A DNA stretch of 63,575 nt, counting the filler, from Saprolegnia diclina VS20 (taxonomy: Eukaryota), in NCBI RefSeq assembly GCF_000281045.1. It is 12 parts of 6 records of this genome, joined end to end, with 100 filler letters (N's around TTAATTAATTAA, not from the genome) between each part and the next. Parts side by side here need not be neighbours in the genome. Positions count along the whole stretch, not along the records: positions 16,928 to 35,364 come from NW_008246191.1; positions 35,465 to 47,646 come from NW_008246192.1; 10 more parts are not named here. One strand, 5' to 3'. Below the pieces are notes generated by a model that was not told the DNA's origin, ran no database searches, and saw only the letters and a list, made by a program, of their open reading frames with translations. The translations under genes and the position numbers were made by a program. How positions within the stretch are numbered: the stretch's first letter is position 1; every line of letters starts with the position of its first letter. Of the stretch, positions 23,401 through 35,558 are shown in pieces.

Positions 23401-24942
23401 GGTGCACCGACGCTGCTAGCGCTGCCCATGCAGCAGTTTGTCAACGCTTCCGTGCTGTCGATCAACGCGAGTATGACCGACGTGGGCATCTTCAGCCAGT
23501 TTGATTCCTCGATATCCCTGCAGTGGAACGCGACGAGCCAGGAGCTCGTCAACGTGACACAGCCGCCGCTGGTCGGCATTCCCGAGCTCAGCGTCTACTG
23601 CGCCCGCGCACCAAGCGGCTTTGGCGTCACACCCAACTGCGCACTGAGTCGTAGCTACACACTCGACTACGCGACGGCCAGAGGGCTCATGCTCGCGTTC
23701 AACGACATGACCGTCGCCAACCTCAACGGACTCGCCGTCGCACGCGGCGTCGTCGTCCTCGACACGTTCTTAGCGCAGCCGTTTCTGTCACCGGACGCGT
23801 GCGCGGCCGCGGTATCTCGCATGACGTCCCTCTTCCCGGCGCTTGTTGCGTCCACAGCTCGATGTAGTAGCGTCGGTCCGAGCTACCTCTTGATCCTGCC
23901 CGGCGTTGCGCCATTCGAGCTCACGGCGTTGGCGCCGATCCTAGATGTGCAAGCGTACCTCAAGTACACGGCCAGTGTCTTTGGCTACGCGTCGAGTGGC
24001 GGGCTCTTTGTCCAGACGTCGGTGCAGACGCTGCTGTGGCAGAACACGGCCGCCCGACGCCTCCGCCCGACGGCGACGACCACCCTATCCAACCTCGATT
24101 TCGGCGCCGGCGATGTGCTATCGACGGCCGTGACGGCCAACGTCTCGGTCGCCCCGGCGAGTCAGGCGGTGCAGACGTACACGTTCAACACGGACTCGCG
24201 CGTCGGGTTCTACGGCTGTCTCCTCGCTACCAACGGCGAGCCTGACGCCAACAACTGCACAACGTCCGACGGTTCGGTGTTTGCGACGGGTGCGACACCG
24301 GCGACGCTGGCGCTTCGCTGGCAGTCGCAGTCGCGCGACGTAAACTATAGGTACGCTGCCGAGATGCCGTGGATCGGCGTGCCCACGCGCCGGTACGTGG
24401 AGGCGGTCCCCGACCTCACCAACGTCTCGCACCTCTACGACGACCTCCCGGTGCTGAGCTCGTCGCCCCACCTCTATAACGTCACATCGACGCTTCCCTT
24501 TGCGACGGGACTGGCGCCGAATGCCAAGAGTCACACGATGCTACTGGACATCGAGCCTGTCTCGGGCACGGCGCTGCACCGACGCGATGCGTGGATGCTC
24601 AGCGTAGCGACAGGCCCCACGTGGCTGTGGCACCAACGCGTGCAGGTAGCGTACGTGCCGTTGACGTGGGTCCTTCAAGAGCAAGCGATTCCAGCGGCGT
24701 CTGCGAGCCTGTACCGGGATCTCACGGCGCCGGGCCCCATGGCACCGGAGAAGGTGGCCATCTGGGAACTCGTACTCGGGTTGGCGTTCGTCGGGCTTGG
24801 GATCTACGCGCTACGGCTCCTCTCGCGCGCACGCTTCAAGGACACGCTTTTGATCAAGCCCGTGGCCGAGATGCCGCCGATCAAGGACGCCGACGTGCAC
24901 GCGACCGACGACGCGCTGCCCGACAAGACCAAAGCCATCTAG
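17446..24942 (+). CDS. Giant CD36/scavenger receptor class B (croquemort-like) protein with internal repeats; multi-exon, probably 5' partial
   Basis: N-terminal TM, then the CD36 signature YYVFNITN...PHVQQVGPYVY; C-terminal PVLSSSPHLY...GLAPNAKSH...DIEPVSG...YVPLTW plus TM and tail; about 9 GFEL..LW..SFL repeats in between; CTAATTAG acceptor ends at 17445. Confidence 0.85.
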
Positions 24943-25022
24943 ATCTCTTGATGCTCCACTGCACAAAACCAACTATCAACTTGATACACAAGATACCAAC
25001 ACGAATACATCTTGTTTTTTCA

Positions 25023-27397
25023 TTAGAGCAGCCCAAAGCCTTCGGCTTGTGTGATCGCGAGCTCCAGGCGGTCCTTCATCTTCTCGCGCGTCGCGTACTC
25101 GGGCAGCAGCAGATGGTTGAAGCTATAAACCCACAAATCTTAGCCAAGTTGTCGCTAGCGTTCAAGTATACCAAGTGTGCGCGGTGGGCAGTCTACCAAG
25201 CCAACACGGCATGAGACAGGGACCAAGGACACAGGAGCTACCTGTCCGAGTCGGGGCCATTGCGCGAAATGACAAACACCATGTTGGAGAGCCCGCGGAT
25301 GGGCGCGCGGTCACTGCCGGTGCAAAATTTGAGCAGCGCCTTCTTCTCGTCGAGGCTGAAGGCGTGGACGACGCTCCAGAAGTACCTAGTCAACAGTGGG
25401 CATCCCCGACAACAAAGCAAATGCAATCGATCAACGTACTGGATGCTTGGACTCTCGGCCGAGAAGCCGTCGTCGTAGTGGGCGACCTCTTCCAGCGCTT
25501 CAAAGTCCAATTCCGGGCTGCCGCAAATGAGAAGCTCGAGCTCCTCGGGTCGAAAGAGCTCGAGCGCATGGCCGCCGCAGACAAAGTGAAAGCCGCGGTG
25601 GAACGCGCCGTACTGCTGCGCGACCGACGTCGTCGTCACGTACTCGACATACTTGGCGACGTATTCGTCGCGGTTGGCAGCGGTCACGGCCATGTCCTTG
25701 CCTACGACCCCGTTTTTATCGACCACGTCGTAGGAGACGGGGTGGTACCGCCAGGCACAAGCTCGATCGTCTTGACTTGGCCAAACACTTCATACGAGAG
25801 CTCAAACGAGCGCTGAAACACACTCTCGACATCGCCGTCAAACGCGAGAAGCTGTCGCAGGCCCTTGCCGAGCGCCGGCTGCGACGCCTCAAGGTCGTGG
25901 AGCGTCACAGGCAGCCCCATGAGCTTCTTGTAGACAAGCGATGGAAAGTGCAGCTCGAGGATCACGCCGTTGTAGATGGCGAGCCCGAGAAGAACTCCGA
26001 TGAGCTCAAACTCGGTCGTGCTCTCGTACGAGTCGCAGTTGAACCAGAGCGTCCGCGTCTCGTCGTCGGCGATGAACATGCCAAAGTTTGGGTCCAATAA
26101 CTGCCGAGTGATAATCTACAATCGACAATATTGTGGTCAATATTGCCGTATGCTCGAGTGTGTATACCTGAAAAAATTCTTTTTGAACGCCGCCTTCGTC
26201 GACGCCCTCTTCGCCTAGTCGCACGAGTTAGTCGCCAATATTCGACGACTCGGACGTACCGATGAACTTGACTTTGAGCGGCTTCTTGAGCTGCTCCGAG
26301 GTCGCGACTTGCACGAGCTGCTGCAAAGCGTCTTCGATCACGTGCTCGCGACGGACACGAAGCACGAGGTACGGGTGCACGTGCTGGTCGGCCTCGGCCA
26401 GCGACGACCGAATGCTGTCGTGCACGCGGACGTTCTGCTGGTACTCGGCGTCAAACTGGAGAATTTTGCTCTTGGAGGCTGCGTCCAAGATGAAGGCAAA
26501 GTCGCAGAAGCTCAAGTCGCTCAGCTCGCGGCTCGAGATGCGCCCGTGCTTGTGCGTGAGGTAAATGGCCGACTTGACATAGTCCTGGAGCAAGTTGAGC
26601 TCGGTATTTGCCGCGTCGTTATAAAATGCATCGTAGCTCGCAAAGGGCATGTCAACGTTGATCTCGACGAGAAGCCGGATCATGTCGCACGCTGCAAAGA
26701 TCGTGTCCATCTTGAGCTCGGCGCCGACCAGCGAGAGCGTGATGTACTGCTGGAAGACGTCGAGGAGCCGGTGCAGGTCGTCCGCGCCGAGGCTGCGCCA
26801 ATGCGCCGCCAACGCAGCCTTCATATCGTCGGTCAAGTAGTACATGAGCTTGACCATGCCGCCGACGATCGACCGGTAGTCTGGGTCGAAGAGCAGCGGG
26901 TGCTCGAGCATGACAAAGAACTGATGCAAGCTCTCGGTTGACGTCCATTTTTTGCTGTTGGTCCACGGCTGCGTCACCCACGAATTGAGCGCGTTGCCCA
27001 GCGTGTTGGCGAGCGACGGCTGCCCGACGAGCCACGCAAGGCCCTCCTGGATCTCGGCGCGCGAGTGGTTGGGGAAGCAGGCGGCGTTGAGCGTCTCGGA
27101 CTGCGAGAAGACTTCATATACGATCTTCTGCAGCGCTGACATGGACAAGGATCCACTCTGGAGCATAGCAAGCGTTAGCACTGAAGCTGGTGCGGGCGCC
27201 ATCGGCGCGGGCGGCGGCTGTACTTGATTGCCGCTGTCCGACATGTCGTGGTCGTGCACCGTGGCGGGCTCCTGCACCGACGACTTCTCGTGCATGCGCG
27301 TGAGGGCTTGGGCTACAGCGTCGTTCGGGTCGAGGCCATGGGCTACGGCTTCAGCATAGAGCTGCTGGAACTGCTGCTTCAGCGCCTCCGTGTCCAT
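25023..27397 (-). CDS. HECT-type E3 ubiquitin ligase (UBE3A/HECTD2-like), multi-exon
   Basis: [58 protein letters not shown], spliced [16 protein letters not shown] with the catalytic Cys, ending AEGFGLL-stop. Confidence 0.93.
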
Positions 27398-27602
27398 CGT
27401 GGCGTCCGTGGGGCCAACTTTTCGAGATCTGCCGTCGTCTCCGGGAAAACTCCGGCATTTTCCAAAAACCTTTAGTAATCTCTACGGCGAGCCGTATCGA
27501 TTTGCACGGGTATATATGCCGAATTTAATGTTTAAATGTGGCATCCAGATCGCGTGCTGTGAGGCATCATCAAGAAGCCCAAGGACAAGCACCGGCGTTG
27601 TT

Positions 27603-27957
27603 GTTGTTGAAGTGAGTCTATTTAGATATAATTTACACTGAACTGGTTTTGGGGGATGGACTTTCGATTCAGAGCGTGTTGTGCTAGACGGCATCAGCGG
27701 CGAGGCTTAGCCGTGTTGAAGGCGAGGCGTGTGGATGGCGCACGCCGGGACGAAGTGGTCACGAAGCCAGGCATCGTGGCGCAGGGCGTGCATCATTTGG
27801 AAGAGGCACATCGCTTGGGTATTCAGCATCAAGTGGTGAAGATGCATCTTGGTCAAAAACGCGGCGCGGGCGGCGGCCGCTTCGGGTGTCATGACGGGCG
27901 CCTCGGGACGGAAGACGCGGTCGTTGCGGGCGAGCCAGACAGTGTGCATCACACAGA
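27603..27957 (-). mobile_element. 5'-truncated L1/Tx1-like non-LTR retrotransposon with (CAA)n tail and 19-bp TSD
   Basis: Encodes HTVWLARNDRVF (WxxRNxxxF of the L1 ORF2 C-terminus), then a 3' UTR and CAACAACAAC tail; GACAAGCACCGGCGTTGTT at 27584-27602 and 27958-27976. Confidence 0.82.
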
Positions 27958-29386
27958 GACAAGCACCGGCGTTGTTCCAGAAAATTGGTCATACATGTGC
28001 TCGTAAGCATCTGTGCCGAGCCACCAGCGTAAGCGCAGGAATTACCACTTGGAGCTCGACTTGCGTCCCTTTCTAACCGTTTCTCACTGCTGCGAGATCT
28101 TGAAGATCGCCGACGACACTGGCATGGCAAGGCTCAAGGCTGGCGCCACCAATCATCGTTGTGTCCTGAGCTTGGTGTCGCTCGTGGTGCGAATAGGCAT
28201 CCAATCCCAGGATGACGCAGATGCACGTGGCGATGTCAGTGCCCGCTTGCACGCGCAGTAGTAGACAGTACACGACTGCTCCGGCCGCGGAAATATAGGT
28301 GGCACCCTTCACCACATTTCTGGTTCAGAGAGCAAGTCCAGCGCACACTCTAGACCTGTATGAGGACTCCAAACCAGTCTGCACCAACGCTGCTTGCAAT
28401 GCATGATCATAGTCCAGTCCTAACATCGAGTCGCACTTTCATCAAGCACCAGCGTCGTGCCACGGGCACAGTGGCCTCAAAGATCGCACGCTTATTTTCG
28501 GCACCGTGCCGAGTGGAGCCGATCACGGCATCGTGGAGGCGCTGGCGCCATCATGACGCGACAGCTGTCGTCGGCCGTTGCCTCGACACGCTCTGTGGCC
28601 TCGCCGAGTAGAAGGTTTACGGACCTGGGCCTGTCTGTCTGGCGTCGTCGACGCGATGTCGTGGCTCGACACCAAGGGCAAACTCAGAGAATTTCAACGC
28701 GTCTAGTCATCACGTGGGATGTGGCCGAAGGACGATCGTCGCTTGCCACGATGCTGATGGATGAGATCGCATCGCGGGCCACTCTGCGTTTCTACTATCG
28801 GGAAGCACGCTGTCGACAAAATTTGTGCGGTTTGTGGATTTGCAGCGCTTCTGCACATGGTCCTACAGTCCACGGTGCGATGTCCAACTCTATCATGGTT
28901 GGGAGAACGAGTAGTGCGCTACGTGCAAGCTGATCTTCACAGGCACTCGCGTCAACACCGCAACGGCGCACGAACGATTCTGGTTTGATCCAAGTTCTAT
29001 TCACTTAAGTCGTACAGTACTATGGTGTAGAGAGAGGCGCTGGCTCAACTCAGAACGCCGCGCTGCGTCGACATCCGACTGCGTCCGTCAACTGCGTCAC
29101 ACGCTTCCAGGTGGCGCCACATGGTCCACGTCCCTTCCTGAAACCACCTATTCCACGGTCGCCCTTCCGCGGTCACTGGACCGATTCGCGGCTCTATTGC
29201 CCCGTCACACAGAACGACGACGGGATACCCCGGGGCACGCCTCCATTTGGCGGTACGCAGAGCGGCACGGGGTCGCAACGGTCTCTTCACCCAGCCACCC
29301 ACGCGTCACCAAGGACCCTTTCGATCTCGTGTCGCAGTAGGTAAGGCCGCTGCTACTGACTAAGGAGCCACTAACGTACACGCTGG

Positions 29387-29567
29387 CTGATTGGCAAATT
29401 GCACTGTATCGGGGGTCGAAATCTGTCGACGAATCGCCTCCTCGATCCGCGGTGGGTCACGCGGCCACGAACCCAATGATTGGCTCTGTACGCGATGTGA
29501 TTGGTCCTCAAAATATCGACGCACCAATCGCATGGTGTTCTGTGAAGTGGCGCGCGCGGATTGGCTA
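29387..29567. promoter_or_regulatory. Cluster of CCAAT boxes upstream of a small gene
   Basis: GATTGG/CCAAT at about 29389, 29473, 29478, 29499, 29524 and 29559; initiator-like TCCATTTT at about 29669. Confidence 0.5.
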
Positions 29568-29705
29568 TCATGACCAGTTGATTTCACAGCCCCAAGCCCA
29601 CGGTGCACTTCCACCAGGTGGGATGACTCGCTGAGAGTGGCGCGAGTACCAGCGCCGCCTGGCTCGTGTCCATTTTCGAAATCCCCGGCCAAGCCACAAG
29701 CCCAC

Positions 29706-30059
29706 ATGACGTACTACGTCCAGTCGCCCCACGCCCCGCCGACGCTCCAGCGCTCGTACTCGACCGACAGCAACCAGAGCCCACTGCACCACAAGCGCAA
29801 CTCGGCCGACGCGTACCTCCCGAGCGATATGCAGTCGCAGCTCGAACTCCTTCGCGCGATCAAGCAGCGCAACCACCAGCTCCGCTGCATGCTCGAGGAG
29901 ATGCAGCCGATGCAAGCGCCCGGCGCCGACGGCCAGCACAGCCACGAGTACTATACAGCACAGCTCAACCAACCCGAGGAGCTGCCCGAGGACCTCAAGG
30001 CCATCTTCCTCTCGTACTTCCCAGTCGGTCACAACGCGGCGGCGGCGTGCGAGTTATAG
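29706..30059 (+). CDS. Small hypothetical protein (117 aa) with a short coiled coil
   Basis: ATG at 29706, host-like GC3 codon bias, segment SQLELLRAIKQRNHQLRCMLEEMQ, upstream CCAAT boxes. Confidence 0.65.
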   Translation: MTYYVQSPHAPPTLQRSYSTDSNQSPLHHKRNSADAYLPSDMQSQLELLRAIKQRNHQLRCMLEEMQPMQAPGADGQHSHEYYTAQLNQPEELPEDLKAIFLSYFPVGHNAAAACEL

Positions 30060-32760
30060 TAGACGCGCCGCGCCCACCTATCTATGTTGTAGTGTCCCTA
30101 TTATCTAAGATTTATAGTCCAAGGCGATCTTCCTTGCCTCCTCCTCCTTCTCTTGGCACGCAGAGGCCGTCGCGCGACCCAATTTTGGTGGTGAATGGTG
30201 CTTTGTCGAGTAGAGTTTGTAACCCGGCTGCAACGCCATCGCGGAGCGTAAAGGAATCCGAGCAGTAGGACTTCACACGAGTGTTGGTCGTGTTTCTGCG
30301 CGGGTGATGACCAAAATATCACGTTCGTTCACCCTTGGTCGCTCCTGTGCGAAGAAGCGGCGACGTCGGACAGAGTTGGCCACAAGGACGACGCATCCTA
30401 GTGTGGTTGGAGATTCAATCTGGCCAGCGACTCGTCTCGCTTGTGAAGCTCGTTTCGATTTAGACTGTAGGCATCTGAGTTGGGCATGCGTTGACACGAC
30501 GGGCGACGACTTTGCCGTGTTGCATGCAAACTTCGTACTGCTTATTCCAGAAATGTCATCGCTGAACCACTCTGGACGAAGCTCAAGATTTAATCTGGTC
30601 TGTTGACGTAATTCACGAACCTGCAGCAGCAAAAAGACGACGCGTCCAGTTGCCCAGATTCGGCCGACACCACCCCTTCGAATTCGTCACCATAGGAATG
30701 GCATCCCGGGCCTCGACGCTGAGGCGAGACGGGACCATGCAAAGAACTCGATGTGGGCAAGCCAGTGCCAGCAACACAGAGTCGTGAGAGACCTGTCTCG
30801 AAGTGGTGGCGGACGCGCAAGGAAGCCTTGGAACGTAATGAATCTCGCGGGCCAGTGTCGCCAGCATCCAATTGAGGCTTCCGAACAAGTGTGGATTGTG
30901 CAGCTTGGTACTCACTGAATCGTCAGCTAGGTTCGAAGCCACTGGATATGGGCTGCCGTCGTCGCTTGCAAACCCGCGTAGCGTCGATGCAGTGCCGACG
31001 CAAGCGAACCGTCCGGGAGCGCTTCGGTCGGTGCGTGGGTGCATAGTTACTCCGTGACATTAGAGATGAGTCATTCCCGCCCGCTGTAAAAGGAAGCGGT
31101 CGTGCATACGAGTGGATGCGAGCGCTGCTTCAAGGCCCGACTCGTTCCACCTTTGGTTCCCAGTTTGGCGGCGTCCCAGCGATGCGCCACGAGCTCTGGG
31201 AAAGCTGCATGATGTATCATCGCGTGTACTAGTATGTTAGATACCCCGGATGCTGTTACGGTCCTCTACACGATGGGAACTGCTCTTGCATTGTACTACA
31301 ACACTGCAAGACTGCAAGACAACGGGCTTGAAAATTGAAGCTTGTTTGAAGGTTTGAGTCCCGTCACATCTTGAGCGATGACGACGCCAGTGACAACAGT
31401 GCAGTTGGCTGTCTCTTGAACGAACGACAGTCTAAACCTGGACGGGCTGCAGTAAACTAGCCACCCACTCCGCTCTCGGTGTCTCGTAACCTTTGCTGCG
31501 ACCAAGCAACCACCCGCGTTGAAGCGAATACCACGTAGGAATCTCTTCCGTTGCCTCCTCCCACGCGCGTTGTTGGTTGTGGGAGGAACTGCTCGAATTG
31601 CTTGCCGTTGCGTCTAAGCTTTCAAGTGACCGCGAGACGAGCCAGGTAGCTTTGTGTAGACAGGCCGATCCTCGGAGATTCATCCACCGCATCTTCCTCG
31701 TGCACAAGGCTGCGACACACGACGCACGGATGACCTCGTTTCGAACGGCATTGCCCGACGAACCGAGAAACACCCCAGCCTCCCGAGCCTGTCAAATTCC
31801 GAGTGCTTGACGCGCGTCTCCGCAGTCCACTCTGCTCAACGCAGCACCGTCCTCGCGTCTCTCTTCGTGTCGATACACGCGCAACGTCGGCATCTGTACG
31901 ACGAAAGCCTTCTTGCGATGGGCCTCCGGTGGCTTGCTCTCCACGACGACACATTGACATCCTTGGCCATAGCAAAGGGGTGAACGGTCGACCTAACCGA
32001 CAATTATTGCACGTGTGAGGAAGTTTGGTGTGGAGCGTGTGAGCTCGCTATCCACAACACTCTTAAAAAGGGGTGAATGGGCCATGGATCGACCAAGAAT
32101 AGCCTGTTTCCGGTGGTTGCGTGGCTTGCAAACGCCTCTCGAAGACGACAAGCTCGGTGTCCATCTTCGTACTTGTCGCTCACGCCTCAAGACCTAGGAG
32201 ACCCTGTATGTTGATCCTTTGCGGGTGCTAGCCTGAGCTTTGTACGGCCGCAAAACTGGGGCTGCTGTGATGGATCAAAGAGGTGGCAACAGCAGGGACT
32301 TTGTCCGGTAGGCGTCAATGGTGGCGGGCGTACTGCCTAGCCAGTCAACACTGCAGATCTGTACCGGTAATCGGTGCCCAGGACAACGTCTACCTGTGTA
32401 CATGAGCACGCTAGCATCAAAACCTGCCAGACTAGCGATGGCCGTGCGGCCCTATTTGTGGGTCACGCAACTCTGGCGGCCGAGAGATAGCACTTCCCGG
32501 CGACGGTCTTTGATGCGCCAAGCTCGTCGTTCGACAGCTCCCTGCCGCTGCGACTGTAGGCGAACGCGGTCGTTGCCGAGACCAGGATCGGCAATTGGTG
32601 GTCGTCAGTCAGTCGCGACTATAATCGGTTGCAAGTTGGTCGCGAGAAAGTTGCTGCAACTGTAATTCCTTTCGTAGTTTCTTCTATTACCATGACAACT
32701 ATGCACAACTATCTAACCAACTAAACGACTAACTATGGACTACCTACCTATCTATCGACT

Positions 32761-34214
32761 CTAACGCTTCTTTTTCCTAAATACACCACCTAACCCGCGT
32801 GTCGCCTCGAGGTCGCGGATGCGCCGGTCGCGCTGCANNNNNNNNNNNNNNNNNNNNNNNNNNNNNNNNNNNNNNNNNNNNNNNNNNNNNNNNNNNNNNN
32901 NNNNNNNNNNNNNNNNNNNNNNNNNNNNNNNNNNNNNNNNNNNNNNNNNNNNNNNNNNNNNNNNNNNNNNNNNNNNNNNNNNNNNNNNNNNNNNNNNNNN
33001 NNNNNNNNNNNNNNNNNNNNNNNNNNNNNNNNNNNNNNNNNNNNNNNNNNNNNNNNNNNNNNNNNNNNNNNNNNNNNNNNNNNNNNNNNNNNNNNNNNNT
33101 TCGAGCGCTTGGTGCTCCGTTCTCGCTGCTTGCAGTCGCTCGTGATGGACGGTGCGCTGCTCGTCCATCGTCCGGTTCGCGTCTAGCCGAGCTTGGTGCT
33201 CGCGCTCCAAAGCGGCCATCGACGAGGCGTCCAGTGCTGCTACCCGCGTTTTGGTCGCTCGCAGCTCGGAGGCGAGTTGGTCGTTGGCGGCAGCCATCGT
33301 GTCGCGCTCGGCAGTGACTTGACGGAGCGCGTTCTGAGCCGTGACAGCCTCGTCGGCGACCGCTGCAAGGACCCGCTTGCACTGAAACAGCTGGATCTGG
33401 GTGTGTTTGGCGGCCGATGCGACNNNNNNNNNNNNNNNNNNNNNNNNNNNNNNNNNNNNNNNNNNNNNNNNNNNNNNNNNNNNNNNNNNNNNNNNNNNNN
33501 NNNNNNNNNNNNNNNNNNNNNNNNNNNNNNNNNNNNNNNNNNNNNNNNNNNNNNNNNNNNNNNNNNNNNNNNNNNNNNNNNNNNNNNNNNNNNNNNNNNN
33601 NNNNNNNNNNNNNNNNNNNNNNNNNNNNNNNNNNNNNNNNNNNNNNNNNNNNNNNNNNNNNNNNNNNNNNNNNNNNNNNNNNNNNNNNNNNNNNNNNNNN
33701 NTGCAGACACGGCGGCGGTCGAGGTCGCTGCTATGTCGAGTGCGCGGTGCTCTCGCTGGAGCATGCTGAACGCGGTGCGGAGCTCGGTCAGGTCGCGCTG
33801 CGCACGCTCCTCGGTGCGGTGCAGCTGGATCTTGGTATTGTGGAGCTCGACCTTGAGGTTGGCGCTGATCTCGGTAGCCGTCACACGCTGGACCCGCGCG
33901 GCTTCGTGGAGGTCGGCGACGTTGGTCGTGAGGTGGGCAATGGTCGTGTCTTGGGTGGCGACTGTCGTCTGCAGCGCCGGGATGGTCTCGACATTGTCAG
34001 GCAACGGACGAAGCTGGGTGTCGCATGCTGCCTTGGCAGCCGTCAAGAGCTGGTAGGCAAAAGGGCGGAGGCCGAGAAGCACGCGGCGCATCCCGAGGGT
34101 GCGGACGAGAATGGCCATGAGGAAGCCAGCGGCGAGGTAGCGCTGGGATTTGGCACTCGTGCGCGGAATGTAGAGCGCAAGGAAGCCGAGCATCGGGGTG
34201 GGCGTCGTCATCAT
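32761..34214 (-). CDS. Coiled-coil protein with hydrophobic N-terminus (interrupted by two assembly gaps)
   Basis: MMTTPTPMLGFLALY...LAAGFLMAILV, then heptad-rich segments on both sides of the gaps, ending GGVFRKKKR-stop. Confidence 0.55.
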
Positions 34215-35364
34215 CGTGGTAGAGCAGTGTACGGTTGAAAATGAGGTCACTGGTAAAAGCAGCGTCCGAGCCTTTTGTACAAACACCTTTACGTTAGGAA
34301 GCGCTGGCTATAGCTTCTTCTCAACCAAACGTCGACTGGTCGAATGGACTATCGATGACTTTCGTAGGGCACCTAGAGGCTATGGATATGGGATCCTCGC
34401 GCTGGAACTGCCAATATCGCAATCGCAAGCATCCCCAACTACCTGCTCGTAGTCGTACTGCCCGAGTCGATCGATTGCTAATAGCAATTATCGCGCTCCA
34501 GTTGGAGGTGCAGTCATGCAAGGTTGCACGTCGAACGAGAAAGAGGTTGTCGGTGGATCGTGCGCGGGAAATCCCGACATAGCTCGGTAATCCGATATTT
34601 GAAATATGTATTGTTGGACATATCTTTGTTCCCCATGACGGACGGGAAGAGCGTCATAGGACCGAAGGCAGCTGCCGGCCCGTGCTCCATGTGCCACCGC
34701 CTCAANNNNNNNNNNNNNNNNNNNNNNNNNNNNNNNNNNNNNNNNNNNNNNNNNNNNNNNNNNNNNNNNNNNNNNNNNNNNNNNNNNNNNNNNNNNNNNN
34801 NNNNNAGCATCGGGGTGGGCGTCGTCATCATCGTGGTGTACGTTTGCAAATGAGGTCACTGGTAAAAGCAGCGTCCGAGCCTTTTGTACAAACACCTTTG
34901 CGTTAGGAAGCGCTGGCTATAGCTTCTTCTCAACCTAACGTCGAATGGACTATCGATGACACTCGTAGTGCATTCACCTAGAGGCTATGGATATGGGATC
35001 CTCGCGCTGGAACTGCCAATATCGCAATCGCAAGCATCCCCAACTACCTGCTAGTAGTCGTATTGCCCGAGTCGATCGATTGCTAATAGCAATTGTCGTG
35101 CTCCAGTTGGAGGTGCAGTCATGCAAGGGTGTACCAGGTTGCACGTCGAAAGAGAAAGAGGTTGTCGGTGCGCATTTGGCGGGAAATCCCGCATACCTCG
35201 GTAATCCGATATTTGGAATATGTATTGTTGGAGTGCATATCTTTGTTCCCCATGGCGCCACGACAAGCATGGACGACATAGCGCGCTGGGCAAGGAGAAC
35301 GACCGGGTGGAAGCGCGTCCGACGCACGGGAAGAGCGTCATAGGACCGAAGGCAGCTGCCGGCC
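34189..35364. repeat. Tandem duplication of the 5' end and upstream region of the coiled-coil gene
   Basis: 34189-34680 aligns with 34806-35364 (AGCATCGGGGTGGGCGTCG... to ...GCTGCCGGCC) with indels. Confidence 0.88.
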
Positions 35365-35558
35365 NNNNNNNNNNNNNNNNNNNNNNNNNNNNNNNNNNNN
35401 NNNNNNNNTTAATTAATTAANNNNNNNNNNNNNNNNNNNNNNNNNNNNNNNNNNNNNNNNNNNNTGCGCCGAAGCTAGAAGGACTCGACGTACGGGGCTC
35501 CGTCGGAGCCATGCTATGCTTGATACGGTGACCCATGAGCATCATCCTGATAGCCGCG

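Noticed and set aside
28013..28261. Protein kinase remnant (ILKIADDTGMAR resembling LKIADFGMAR)
   Set aside because: One degenerate motif with no other kinase subdomains visible; too weak to call.
30273..32665. Genes or transposon in this ORF-fragment region (also 55049-57043)
   Set aside because: Short ORFs without codon bias or motifs I can recognise; possibly decayed repeats, but not supportable.
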